DNA of 64,000 bases from an uncultured delta proteobacterium (lineage in GTDB: Bacteria > Desulfobacterota > Binatia > Bin18), in NCBI GenBank assembly GCA_963733195.1, contig CAVTCR010000078.1:1-64000 (forward strand), written 5' to 3'. A model generated the notes under the pieces. The model saw nothing but the letters and a program-made list of their open reading frames with translations. It did no database searches and had not been told where the DNA came from. Positions 1 through 10,071 of the stretch are shown piece by piece. The translations under genes were made by a program, and so were the position numbers. Positions within the stretch are counted from its first letter, which is position 1, and every line of letters starts with the position of its first letter.

Positions 1-776
1 AAATCAAACCCCAATTGTGTTGCCCGGCTACTCACCGGAAGTGGTCGGGGATTTCTCGCCTTCACTGGACAAAATTCCTGGAAGTCACAGCTTGCACACC
101 ACGCCCCCTCGTGGGGGTGAAACGTTTGCTCACGGCCGATGTCGCGACATAAAGCTCTGACGCGAGATTGAGCGGCCTCTAGTTTGTCAGCCTCCACCGT
201 TTCTTTCTGCCCAGGGCGTAGGTAGTAAAATGACAATTTCTTTGCCGTCTTTCCTGTGGTCGCATGAAAGCCGAGTTGGTAGACGTCCAATTGCAAAGGG
301 TCAGGAGCAATCACATTACGCTGCGCTAGTTTGTAATCGATAATCTCAAAGCCGTCTGGCGTGTCGTCCACTCGATCAATGCGCCCAGTCAGCGCAAACG
401 GCCCCACATGTAACGTGAACTTTTCTTCTAACAGATAGGGCGTGGGGAAGCGTCCGCGATGCGCTTCCCAATAGCGGGTGAGCAACTGACGACCTTCTTG
501 ATATTGTTGGTCAGTCAGCGGACGGGTGGGATTGTCATAATAGCCCTTTAAATGTGCCAGTAAGCTCTCCAGTGAAACAGCAGAACCAGGAAAGAGCCCA
601 GGATGGTCGGCTGGCTGTTGTTTTAACCCTTGATGAAAGAGATGTAACGCGCCGTGTAACGCACGTGACGATTGCGCCGCGGGTCGTGGCCGGGTTGGTA
701 ACCCACGATTATACCGCACGTGATAGCGAAAGTGGCACTGTTGAAACGTTTTGAGGGCGGTGTACGAAAGCTTCAT
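1..776 (-). CDS. PD-(D/E)XK RecB/AddB/Cas4-like nuclease with Fe-S cysteines (runs off window edge)
   Basis: Not in ORF track because there is no stop in the window. Manual translation from ATG 776: MKLSYTALKTFQQCHFRY...LTGRIDRVD...FEIIDYK...LQLDVYQL...WCASCDFQEFCP. ATGA overlap with the upstream ArsR stop. Confidence 0.85.
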   Translation of the reverse strand, partial: MKLSYTALKTFQQCHFRYHVRYNRGLPTRPRPAAQSSRALHGALHLFHQGLKQQPADHPGLFPGSAVSLESLLAHLKGYYDNPTRPLTDQQYQEGRQLLTRYWEAHRGRFPTPYLLEEKFTLHVGPFALTGRIDRVDDTPDGFEIIDYKLAQRNVIAPDPLQLDVYQLGFHATTGKTAKKLSFYYLRPGQKETVEADKLEAAQSRVRALCRDIGREQTFHPHEGAWCASCDFQEFCPVKARNPRPLPVSSRATQLGFD

Positions 777-1159
777 CCCTCTCCCCTCCTGCGGTTACCG
801 TGCTCGTCGTCGTTGTTGCCCATCGGTGGGTTGAGTTCGTCAATCTGCGCAGCTAGTCGGTCATGAAGACTATTACAGACAACCTCACATAAGGCAAAGA
901 TGGTTTCGTCTGCAATCTCATAGTACACATTGAGCCCATCTTTACGGCGGCGGACTAAGCCAGCGAGTTGCAGGATCCCTAAATGCTTAGACACGTTCGC
1001 TTGTAAGGCACTCGTGGCTGCAACAATCCCACCGACCGTTAGCTCCCCATCCCATAATGAATGGAGAATCTTGAGCCGCATCGGTTCGGCAAGGAGCTTG
1101 AAACGCTCGGCAATCATTGCCAAGGCGGCATCGGAAAGTTCTCGTTTCTGGCGCGGCAT
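773..1159 (-). CDS. ArsR/SmtB family transcriptional repressor, probably sulfur-responsive
   Basis: FKLLAEPMRLKIL...QANVSKHLGIL...VYYEI wHTH; LCEVVC in helix 5; divergent from the sulfur operon. Confidence 0.9.
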   Translation of the reverse strand: MPRQKRELSDAALAMIAERFKLLAEPMRLKILHSLWDGELTVGGIVAATSALQANVSKHLGILQLAGLVRRRKDGLNVYYEIADETIFALCEVVCNSLHDRLAAQIDELNPPMGNNDDEHGNRRRGEG

Positions 1160-1168
1160 GAATCTTCC

Positions 1169-1204
1169 TTGACATTAGTTAACTATATTGCTAAATGGTA
1201 ATAT
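1169..1204. promoter_or_regulatory. Putative divergent promoter / ArsR operator
   Basis: TTGACA at 1169-1174 and imperfect palindrome ATATT-N10-AATAT at 1185-1204 between the divergent genes. Confidence 0.4.
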
Positions 1205-1380
1205 GATCATAACAGAGAATATGCTTGCTCGCAAGGGAGACTAAATCGAACCACAGAACCTTGGTACACTTCGCGTAGCGCGCGATGTGCGCGTGACCCC
1301 TCAGCCACCGCCATTCGTGCGCATGGCGCACGCTACCAGAGAGAAAGTGAGGGCCAGGCAGTCGCAATGAAAGAAACTCT

Positions 1381-1812
1381 ATGGAAAACTTCACTCCGAT
1401 CGCTTCGCTGTGTGGAGGTATGTTGATCGGCCTGAGTGCGTCGCTCCTCTTGCTGTGTAACGGCAAGATCGCGGGCATTAGTGGTATCGTGGGAGGGCTC
1501 CTTAGCCCCACACAGAATGACACGGCTTGGCGTGTACTGTTCGTTGTCGGTCTCCTTACTGGCGGACTCCTCTTTAGTCTCTTCTCTCCGCAAGTCTTCA
1601 CCTTCAGTATTGCACGCTCGACTGGCGCACTGGTTCTCGCCGGTCTTCTGGTTGGCTTTGGCACTCGCCTTGGCAACGGCTGTACTAGCGGCCATGGCGT
1701 CTGCGGCATGAGCCGTTTCTCGGTACGCTCCATTGTCGCCACAGTCACGTTCATGATTACAGGAATCGTCACCGTGTACATCATCAATCACCTGTTGGGA
1801 GGATCACTATGA
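1381..1812 (+). CDS. YeeE/YedE family sulfur-carrier membrane protein (PmpA-like)
   Basis: [10 protein letters not shown] and [27 protein letters not shown] motifs; hydrophobic helices. Confidence 0.92.
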   Translation: MENFTPIASLCGGMLIGLSASLLLLCNGKIAGISGIVGGLLSPTQNDTAWRVLFVVGLLTGGLLFSLFSPQVFTFSIARSTGALVLAGLLVGFGTRLGNGCTSGHGVCGMSRFSVRSIVATVTFMITGIVTVYIINHLLGGSL

Positions 1813-2309
1813 ACTCAGCACTCGCGGCATTTGTTGCAGGTCTGATTTTTGCCATTGGTCTTGCGATAAGCGGCATGACCCAACCCGGAAAAGTGACCGC
1901 CTTTCTCGATATTTTTGGCAACTGGGATCCAAGTCTGGCAGTTGTCATGATGGGGGCAATCGCGGTGCATGCGGTTCTTTATCGTGTGATTCGCCAACGT
2001 TCGACACCACTCTTTGCCCCAACGTTTGCTATCCCAACACGGAGTGACTTTGATCTTCGTTTGCTGGGCGGAGCTGCGCTTTTCGGCGTTGGGTGGGGAG
2101 TAGGAGGCTTCTGCCCTGGACCAGCAGTTACGTCACTTGCTTCGGGACAATCGTCAGTCCTGGTCTTCGTCGTGGCAATGCTCATCGGAATGTTTCTTCA
2201 CCGGCTTGTGGACAAAACCCGAGGACAGCCCGTGTTAACTCCATCGCAGCACGAGTCACACCTAGTTTCCCCAACCACTCCAGCGTTCCAGAGCCCACAA
2301 GACGCCTGA
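1809..2309 (+). CDS. YeeE/YedE family (DUF6691, PmpB-like) membrane protein
   Basis: [21 protein letters not shown] and [11 protein letters not shown] motifs; ATGA overlap with the preceding gene. Confidence 0.9.
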   Translation: MNSALAAFVAGLIFAIGLAISGMTQPGKVTAFLDIFGNWDPSLAVVMMGAIAVHAVLYRVIRQRSTPLFAPTFAIPTRSDFDLRLLGGAALFGVGWGVGGFCPGPAVTSLASGQSSVLVFVVAMLIGMFLHRLVDKTRGQPVLTPSQHESHLVSPTTPAFQSPQDA

Positions 2310-2360
2310 ACAATGGGAACTGACTCGCGCATTAGTCAGATATACATATAAGGAGGGTCT

Positions 2361-3400
2361 ATGCTGTTTCGCGAACTCAACCGTGGCAAATGTAAAACCT
2401 ATCTCATCGCTTGTGAGCATACGAAGAAAGCTGCCTTGATCGATCCTCTCAAAGACAAAGTCGAACGCTACCTCGCCTCTCTTGCTTATTTCGGCTGTGA
2501 GCTGGAGGCTATCATCGATACCCACACACATGCAGATCATCGCACCGCAGGTTGGGAACTGCATGATATCACCGGGGCACCGGTCATGATGCATCGTCGC
2601 GCTCCAGCTCCGCATGTTGATATCCACGTCGAAGATGGACAGATGATTCCAATTGGCAATGAGCGAATCCGCGTCTTTTATACTCCCGGTCATACGCCGG
2701 ATAGCATCAGCCTGCATGCTGCCAATCGTGTGCTTACCGGCGATACGTTGTTGATTCACGGTACCGGACGCTGTGATTTTGCTGGTGGTGATGCTGGAGA
2801 ACAGTATGATTCAATTATTCACAAATTGTTTTCCCTTCCCGACGAAACATTGGTGTTTCCTGCTCATGACTATCGTGGGCACCTGAACTCGACAATCGGT
2901 GAAGAGAAACGGACGAACCCTCGTGTCGCAAGGCGAACACGCGAGGCCTACATCCACTTAATGAACAACCTTGGGCTCCCGCTTCCCCAAGGGATTCAGG
3001 AATCGCTCCAGCCCAATCAGTCAGCCATCGAAGACGAGTCAGTCCATTTCCCAACTCTGGCGGAACTGAACAGCGTACGGCAACTGACCGCCCAGGAAGT
3101 ACACTCACAGCTTGCCGGGCCGCAGCGTCCCTACTGCTTCTCGATGTCCGCGAAACAGACGAGTTTAGTGGCGACCTTGGACACATTGCAGGAAGCGTAC
3201 TGATTCCTCTGAAAGAGTTGCCGACGCGAGCAAAAGAAATTGACGCGTATAAAGAAAAGGATGTGGTTGTCATCTGCCGCGCGGGGGTACGAAGTACTAC
3301 GGCTGCAGCGATTCTTACCGGTCTGGGCTTCGAACATGTCTCCAATCTAAAAGGCGGCATGCTCGACTGGAATGATCAGCAATTGCCGGTGGAACGGTAG
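2361..3400 (+). CDS. Persulfide dioxygenase (ETHE1-like MBL fold)-rhodanese fusion; frameshift near 3130
   Basis: HTHADH, PGHT, TGD, PAHDY motifs. A second frame continues LLLDVRE..GHIAGS..CRAGVRS..NLKGGMLDW (rhodanese). Confidence 0.88.
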
Positions 3401-3412
3401 GACCTGAGGGCA

Positions 3413-3500
3413 ATGAAGAATTAAGAGTGAAGAGTGAAGAATGCAAAATGAAATTTACTCCGATCATTCTTCACTTTTCACTTTTCACTCTTCATTCTTG
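3413..3500. repeat. Inverted heptamer tandem array (GAGTGAA / TTCACT[T/C])
   Basis: Purine-rich arm aagagtgaagagtgaagaatg followed by complementary arm cattcttcacttttcacttttcactcttcatt. Confidence 0.75.
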
Positions 3501-3547
3501 CTAAGGTCTTCCTATGACTGAGCCAACAGAAACTCAAGTGAGCAGCA

Positions 3548-5050
3548 GTGCAATGGGCGAAAGTAATCGACCACACCAAATGCATCGGCTGTCATGCGTG
3601 CAGTACGGCGTGTAAATCCGAAAATCAGGTTCCACTGGGGGTTAATCGCACCTACGTAAAGTATGTCGATGTTGGTACGTTTCCGCAGGTACGACGCGCG
3701 TTCCAGGTCACTCGTTGTAACCAATGTGAAGATTCTCCGTGCACCGAAATTTGTCCGACTAAGGCGATGCATGCTCGTCCTGATGGCATCGTCGACTTCG
3801 ATAAATCAATTTGTATCGGCTGCAAAGCTTGTATTGCCGCGTGTCCGTATGACGCCATTTTTATCAATCCTGAAGATCACTCCGCCGAGAAATGCAATTT
3901 CTGTGCGCATCGGCTCGACATCGGGTTGGAACCCGCCTGTGTCATTGTCTGCCCGACCGAGGCCATTCTGGTCGGAAACTTGAACGATCCGTCCTCAGCT
4001 GTCGCACAAGTAGTCGGGCGCCATCCGGTCGCCGTTCGCCGTCCAGAAAAGGCAACGTATCCAAAGCTTTTCTATCGTGGTGCGCATCAGGCAACCCTTG
4101 ACCCCATCGCGGCTCAACGACCTGAAGGCGGCATGTTTATGTGGAGTGAGCAAGGGAATGTTTCTCATCAACTCACTTCCGGTCATCCACTCGGTGGCAA
4201 TACCTCAGCCGCCGCCGTCCTCGCCTACGACGTCCCACATCGTACTCCATGGGATTGGCGTCTCAGTCTGTACACGTGGACCAAGGGGATCGCTGCTGGG
4301 GCGTATCTAGTTCCTGCACTGCTTGTGTTATGCGGTATGCTGTCGTCGACAAGCCCTCTGTGGCAGTGGGGAGCTCCGGTCGTTGCCGGAATCTTTCTCG
4401 CGCTCACCGGGCTAATCTTAATTGCTGACCTCGAACACCCGAAGCGTTTTTATTATCTCTTTACCCGTCCACAGATAAAGAGTTGGCTCGTGCGTGGCGC
4501 GGTAATTATCAGTCTCTACGCCTTCGTTCTCTTACTGCATTTTCTCGCCGGCTTTAGTACACAAGGAGCAGCGGTACGTAGTGCTTTGTTGTTTTTTGGT
4601 CTTCCACTGAGTGTGCTCACTGCTGTGTACACTGCGTATTTGTTTGCCCAAGCAACCGCGCGTGATCTCTGGCAGAATCCACTCCTCCCGTCTCATCTTT
4701 TCATGCAAGCCCTTCTGGCTGGCTCAGCTGCGCTTCTCCTAGGCGTCATGTGGGAGGAACCGACGAAAGGCTCAGCTCTCGCTTGGATACTGGGTATCGC
4801 CAGTCTGCTGCATTTGCTGATGGTCCTAAGTGAAGTGACATTGGCACATCCGACTGCGCATGCCCGCTTGGCGGTAGAAGAGATGATGCATGGGGCCTTT
4901 CGTTCCTATTTTTGGGCTGGGATCGGACTCGTAGCACTAGGCTTGACTGCGCCGTGGCTCGGCGGTCTTGTGGCGATCTTTGCTCTCGTTGGTCTCCTGG
5001 CCTATGAACATGCCTATGTGCAGGCCGGTCAGTCAGTCCCTCTGGCGTAA
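3548..5050 (+). CDS. 4x[4Fe-4S] ferredoxin (PsrB/NrfC-like) fused to NrfD/PsrC-type membrane anchor
   Basis: CIGCHACSTAC, CNQCEDSPC, CIGCKACIAAC, KCNFC motifs; C-terminal multi-TM domain with ADLEHPKRF..SWLVRG. Confidence 0.9.
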   Translation: MQWAKVIDHTKCIGCHACSTACKSENQVPLGVNRTYVKYVDVGTFPQVRRAFQVTRCNQCEDSPCTEICPTKAMHARPDGIVDFDKSICIGCKACIAACPYDAIFINPEDHSAEKCNFCAHRLDIGLEPACVIVCPTEAILVGNLNDPSSAVAQVVGRHPVAVRRPEKATYPKLFYRGAHQATLDPIAAQRPEGGMFMWSEQGNVSHQLTSGHPLGGNTSAAAVLAYDVPHRTPWDWRLSLYTWTKGIAAGAYLVPALLVLCGMLSSTSPLWQWGAPVVAGIFLALTGLILIADLEHPKRFYYLFTRPQIKSWLVRGAVIISLYAFVLLLHFLAGFSTQGAAVRSALLFFGLPLSVLTAVYTAYLFAQATARDLWQNPLLPSHLFMQALLAGSAALLLGVMWEEPTKGSALAWILGIASLLHLLMVLSEVTLAHPTAHARLAVEEMMHGAFRSYFWAGIGLVALGLTAPWLGGLVAIFALVGLLAYEHAYVQAGQSVPLA

Positions 5051-5062
5051 AGGAGTGACACT

Positions 5063-7979
5063 GTGAGTGAAACGAAAGCGACCGAACGCGTGACCGCACT
5101 ACGTGATAACGTCGAAGGGCGAGGAGAAACATTTCATCCCGGCCCGAGTCGCAGTCAGCTCGCAGCCTTTCCGCCGAAAGAACGCTGGGATGACTGGATT
5201 GAACTGGACTCCCGCGCCTGGCCGCAACGGCGTGAACGTCACTACATGTTAGTTCCAACGACGTGCTTTAATTGCGAATCTGCCTGCGGGTTGCTTGCCT
5301 ATGTAGACCGCGACACTTTGACCGTCCGCAAATTTGAAGGCAATCCACAGCATCCAGCGTCACGTGGTCGCAACTGTGCTAAAGGACCAGCGACCATCAA
5401 TCAAGTGAACGATCCCGATCGTATTCTTCATCCGCTTAAACGTGTCGGCAAGCGCGGCGAAGGACGTTGGGCGCAGGTATCATGGAATGAAGCCTTAACA
5501 GACATCGCCGGTCGCATTCGCACGGCAATCCAAGAAGGCCGCCCAAACGAGGTGATGTATCACGTTGGTCGTCCCGGCGAGGATGGCTATACTGAGCGGG
5601 TCCTCGCGGCCTGGGGTGTCGATGGGCATAATTCCCATACCAACATCTGCTCATCGAGTGGTCGTGCAGGATATCACTACTGGATGGGGTTGGACCGTCC
5701 GAGTCCGGACCATGCGAATGCAGACGTTATCCTGCTGATCAGCTCTCACCTCGAAGCCGGGCACTATTTCAATCCCCACGCTCAGCGCATTATCGAGGGT
5801 AAAAGTCAGGGCGCCAAACTGATCATCTTTGACGTACGGTTGTCGAATAGTGCAACACACGCTGATCACTGGATTTCTCCTTATCCTGGCAGCGAAGCCG
5901 CTATTCTTCTGGCGATCGCCAATTATTTGGTCCAGCACGATTTGTATAACCGCGAGTTCGTCCGTCGCTGGTGGAATTGGCAAGAATACCTGCAACAGGA
6001 ACATCCAGATCTTCCACTCATCTTCGAGAGTTTCACGCAGGTCCTCAACGATCTGTATCAAGAGTATACCTTTGCTTTTGCCGCTCAGGAATCTGGTGTG
6101 GACGCGCAGGTTATCGAAGAGATCGCTCGCCTGGTTAGTCGGGCAGGAACACGTCTCGCCACGCATACCTGGCGAAGTGCGACCGCTGGTAATCTTGGTG
6201 GTTGGCAAGTCTCACGTGCACTCTTTCTCTTGAATGCACTGCTTGGTGCCATCGCCACCGAAGGTGGCACCTATCCCAACGCGTGGAATAAATTTGTCCC
6301 GCGTCCTATCTACACTCCACCACATCCATCGCAGTGGAACACGTTGACGTGGCCAAGCGAGTACCCATTGGCGATGAACGAGCTGTCGTTCTTACTGCCA
6401 CACTTCCTCAAAGATGGACGTGGAAAGCTCGACGTGTACTTCACTCGCGTGTACAACCCGGTATGGACGAATCCCGATGGGTTTAACTGGGTCGAGGTGT
6501 TGAGTGATGAAAATATGATTGGTCTGCATGTCGCGCTGACGCCTACTTGGAGTGAGACCGCGTACTTTGCCGACTATGTCTTGCCAATGGGAGTGGGCAG
6601 CGAACGGCACGACATTCATTCCTATGAAACCCACGATTCCCAATGGCTTGGTTTTCGTCAGCCGGTGTTACGTGCCGCACGCGAACGCCAGGGCGAGCAG
6701 ATCACCGATACCCGGCAAGTAAATCCAGGTGAAGTGTGGGAAGAGAACGAGTTCTGGATTGAACTCTCCTGGCAGATCGACCCTGAAGGCACGCTCGGTA
6801 TTCGTAAATTTTTTGAGTCAAAGGAACATCCTGGAGAGAAACTCACCCTGGATGAATACTATGGCTTCATCTTTGCCAATTCAGTTCCAGGTCTTCCTGA
6901 GCGAGCAGCGAGTGAGAGGCTTACGCCGCTGGCCTACATGCGACGCTACGGAGCCTTTGAAGTGCAGAAAAACATCGGCACAGTGCACGAACAGCTAGTG
7001 CCACCATCAGAACTCGAAGACACCCATACCGATGGGATCGGGCGTGTCTTTACCCGTATCCCGAGGCCTGCAGAACCGAATATTGTTCCTTTGCCTACAC
7101 CGGATGGAGATGAAGATGGCCGGCGTCTCGTCGGGATTGAAGTCGACGGCAAAATCGTGCGCGGGTTTCCGACCCCTAGTGGACGACTAGAGTTTTACTC
7201 TAAAACGCTCAAGGATTGGGGATGGCCAGAGTATGCCCTGCCGACGTACATCAAGAGCCATATTCATCGTGACCACCTTGAGCCTGGACAGATGGTTTTG
7301 ATCCCAACGTTTCGCCTGCCTGTCCAGATCCACACCCGCAGTGCCAATGCCAAGTGGTTGGACGAGATTGCCCATACCAATCCGCTGTGGATGTACTCAC
7401 TTGATGCTGCCCGAATCGGAGTTCGCACCGGCGATTTAGTCCGTGTAGAAACCGAGATCGGCTACTTTGTCGTCAAAGCGTGGGTTACTGAGGGGATTCG
7501 CCCTGGTGTCGTGGCATGCAGCCATCATATGGGACGGTGGAAGCTCGAAGGAAGCGGGCAGCGACAACTGATGGCAACGGTTGGTCTGACTCACCAGGGA
7601 AGCCAGTGGAGCATGCGACGCAAGAAAGGAGTCGAAGCCTACGCGAGCACCGATGCTGACAGCCAACGGATTTGGTGGACGGATGCAGGCGTACATCAAA
7701 ATATCACTTTTCCTGTCCATCCAGACCCTATTTCTGGTATGCATTGTTGGCACCAAGCAGTGCGTGTCACCAAAGCGGAAACCAACGACCAGTATGGTGA
7801 TATTCATGTTGATACCGACAAATCCTGGTGCGGCGTACAAAAGATGGTTAAAGATGACACGTCCAGCGGAACAGGTCTCACCTGATGGCACCCGGCGCCC
7901 ATACTGGCTGTTACGTCCACTCAAGCCGTCACGAGAGGTGTATCGGTTGCCTGCTGATACTACGAAGAGAGAAATGTAA
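5063..7979 (+). CDS. Molybdopterin oxidoreductase catalytic subunit (Psr/Soe/Ttr-like, DMSO reductase superfamily); frameshift near 7825
   Basis: CFNCESAC...RNCAKG Fe-S motif, HTNICSS putative Cys Mo ligand, TPSGRLEF, IHTRS. C-terminus continues in frame 7653..7979. No twin-arginine leader. Confidence 0.9.
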
Positions 7980-8074
7980 AGCATGCTAAGGGTGCAGCTG
8001 CGACACACGACGATGAATCGCCACGCTCAAAAAACGAAGCTATATGGAAAGCACACCGAGACATGGATTTTTGC

Positions 8075-8152
8075 GTAAGAGCACCGTGGCGGGCGCAGCA
8101 CCGCCATACGGGTCTCCGCGGGTACAAGGTAGGGCAGGCTGTGCCTGCCCTC
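8075..8152. repeat. REP-like GTAG/GTAA palindromes
   Basis: gtagggcaggctgtgcctgccc hairpin and gtaagagcaccgtggcgg..ccgccatacgg. Confidence 0.55.
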
Positions 8153-8268
8153 ATCAATTGGCATTCCATACTTTGCTGTGCCACAGGTATAGGTAAACCA
8201 GGTTTCCCGGAGGCATTATCCCCTTCGTAAGTTCAGCCAGGAGCTGTAGCTCAGGGCAGTGGCGGCGC

Positions 8269-10071
8269 ATGTCATTCACACGGTATCTTCCCTTCCTTGA
8301 CCTCCGCACGTATCGCCTGAGTTCACTCCGACGCGACGTTCTTGCCAGTGCCTCCGTCATGTTCCTTGATATTCCGCAAGGTGTCGCGTATGCGATGATC
8401 GCTGGACTTCCACCGGCTATGGGACTGTACGCTGCTGCCATCCCCGCTATCGTTGGGGCGCTGTTTCGCAGTTCACGACACGTTGTGACTGGTCCCACCA
8501 ACGCACTCAGCCTACTTGTGGGCAGTGCCGTTGCTGCGTTCGCGGTCCAAGGTGGAATTTCACCGCTCGAAGTCGGGGTTACACTCGCCTTCATGGTCGG
8601 AGTAATGCAGTTTGCTGCTGGCCTCTTACGCCTTGATGCTGTCGCAGATTACATCTCACAACCAGTAGTCCGAGGCTACATCACCGGCGCAGCAGTCCTG
8701 ATCGCCGCCGGTCAGCTTGCCAATGTCACCGGCACCACAGGGGCGAGAGGCAACCTTGGCGATATCCTGAGCCATTGGATCACGACGCTCCCGCAGATAA
8801 ATCTTCTTGCGCTCACCTTCGCCATTGGGACCATCATCACTGTCATGGCGATTCGTCGATTCTCTCACCGCGTTCCAGGCTCGCTGGTGGCAATAATCGT
8901 GAGTATCGTGATCAGCAACCTTTTACACCTTCACGAACAGGGGCTCCACGTAGTTGCCGATCTTTCTCCGATCCCAGCAGGGTTTCCTCCTTTCACTCTA
9001 CCATCCCTTATCCACTGGGCAGTGCTCGTACCTGCAGCTGTCGCCTGTGCAGTGCTGTCTTTAGTGGAGTCAAGTTCCGTCGCGCGTGCACTTGCGGCAG
9101 GGAGCAGACAACGGCTCGATCTCGCAGCTGAGTTTACCGGTCAGGGACTCGCAAATGTGGCCGCGGCATTTTCTAGTGGCTATCCCGTCAGCGGGAGTTT
9201 GTCACGGTCAACTTTGAACCAGCAAGCAGGCGCAGAGAGTCGCGTATCCGCTCTATTTTGCGGACTGCTCATGATTATCGTACTCCTCTTTTTCGGACCG
9301 CTCGTTGCCCGTACTCCTATTGCTAGTCTTGCCGGCCTTCTCCTCGTCCTCGCCACTGATTTGATCGATCGTCAGCACATTCGCATGATCGTGAACGGAA
9401 CAAGAAGTGATCGAGCAGCGTTCGTCGCAACACTTGTGGGGACGTGGATTCTTCCGCTCGACAAAGCCATCTACCTTGGCGTGGCCATCAGTATTGTTTT
9501 ATTCTTGCAGCGTGCTCGCTTGCTCACCGTTCGTGAAATGATTATTGGCGAGAAAGGGCGGTTTCGTGAAATTGATCTCGACTTCCGAGAAGAACGACCG
9601 GCTTGCGCTTCTATCCGCATCCTGAACCTCACTGGACCACTATTTTTCGCCGTGGCTGGAGAGCTCGAATCAGCACTCGAACCTGCGGTGAATAACCCGG
9701 AAATTCGAGTGCTCATTCTGCGAGTGCGACAAGCGCAGGACTTCGACGTCACCACCGCGAATGTGCTGGATGCAACCGCTAAGAAACTCGCAACGGAAGG
9801 GCGGACGTTGCTCCTTCTTGGTCTCCGTCCTCCTGTGCTTGCCTTGTTGGAGCGTACTGGCATCGCTGCGCGCATCGGCACCGATAATCTTTTCCCAGCG
9901 CAATCCGGCTGGTTTACCGCGATGGAAGCCGCTCTCCACCGCGCGCTAACGCTTACCGGAGAGCACGCCTGTGGCAACCACTGCCCGTTCGTCGAATACG
10001 TGAGCACTCAAGAAGACTTTCGCGCGACGACAGAAATCTCGTCAAAAGCTATCTGGACCCCCGACTTGTGA
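8269..10071 (+). CDS. SulP family anion (sulfate) transporter with STAS domain
   Basis: IPQGVAYAMIAGLPP..GLY, GPTNA, SGSLSRS; STAS GPLFFA. Confidence 0.93.
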   Translation: MSFTRYLPFLDLRTYRLSSLRRDVLASASVMFLDIPQGVAYAMIAGLPPAMGLYAAAIPAIVGALFRSSRHVVTGPTNALSLLVGSAVAAFAVQGGISPLEVGVTLAFMVGVMQFAAGLLRLDAVADYISQPVVRGYITGAAVLIAAGQLANVTGTTGARGNLGDILSHWITTLPQINLLALTFAIGTIITVMAIRRFSHRVPGSLVAIIVSIVISNLLHLHEQGLHVVADLSPIPAGFPPFTLPSLIHWAVLVPAAVACAVLSLVESSSVARALAAGSRQRLDLAAEFTGQGLANVAAAFSSGYPVSGSLSRSTLNQQAGAESRVSALFCGLLMIIVLLFFGPLVARTPIASLAGLLLVLATDLIDRQHIRMIVNGTRSDRAAFVATLVGTWILPLDKAIYLGVAISIVLFLQRARLLTVREMIIGEKGRFREIDLDFREERPACASIRILNLTGPLFFAVAGELESALEPAVNNPEIRVLILRVRQAQDFDVTTANVLDATAKKLATEGRTLLLLGLRPPVLALLERTGIAARIGTDNLFPAQSGWFTAMEAALHRALTLTGEHACGNHCPFVEYVSTQEDFRATTEISSKAIWTPDL

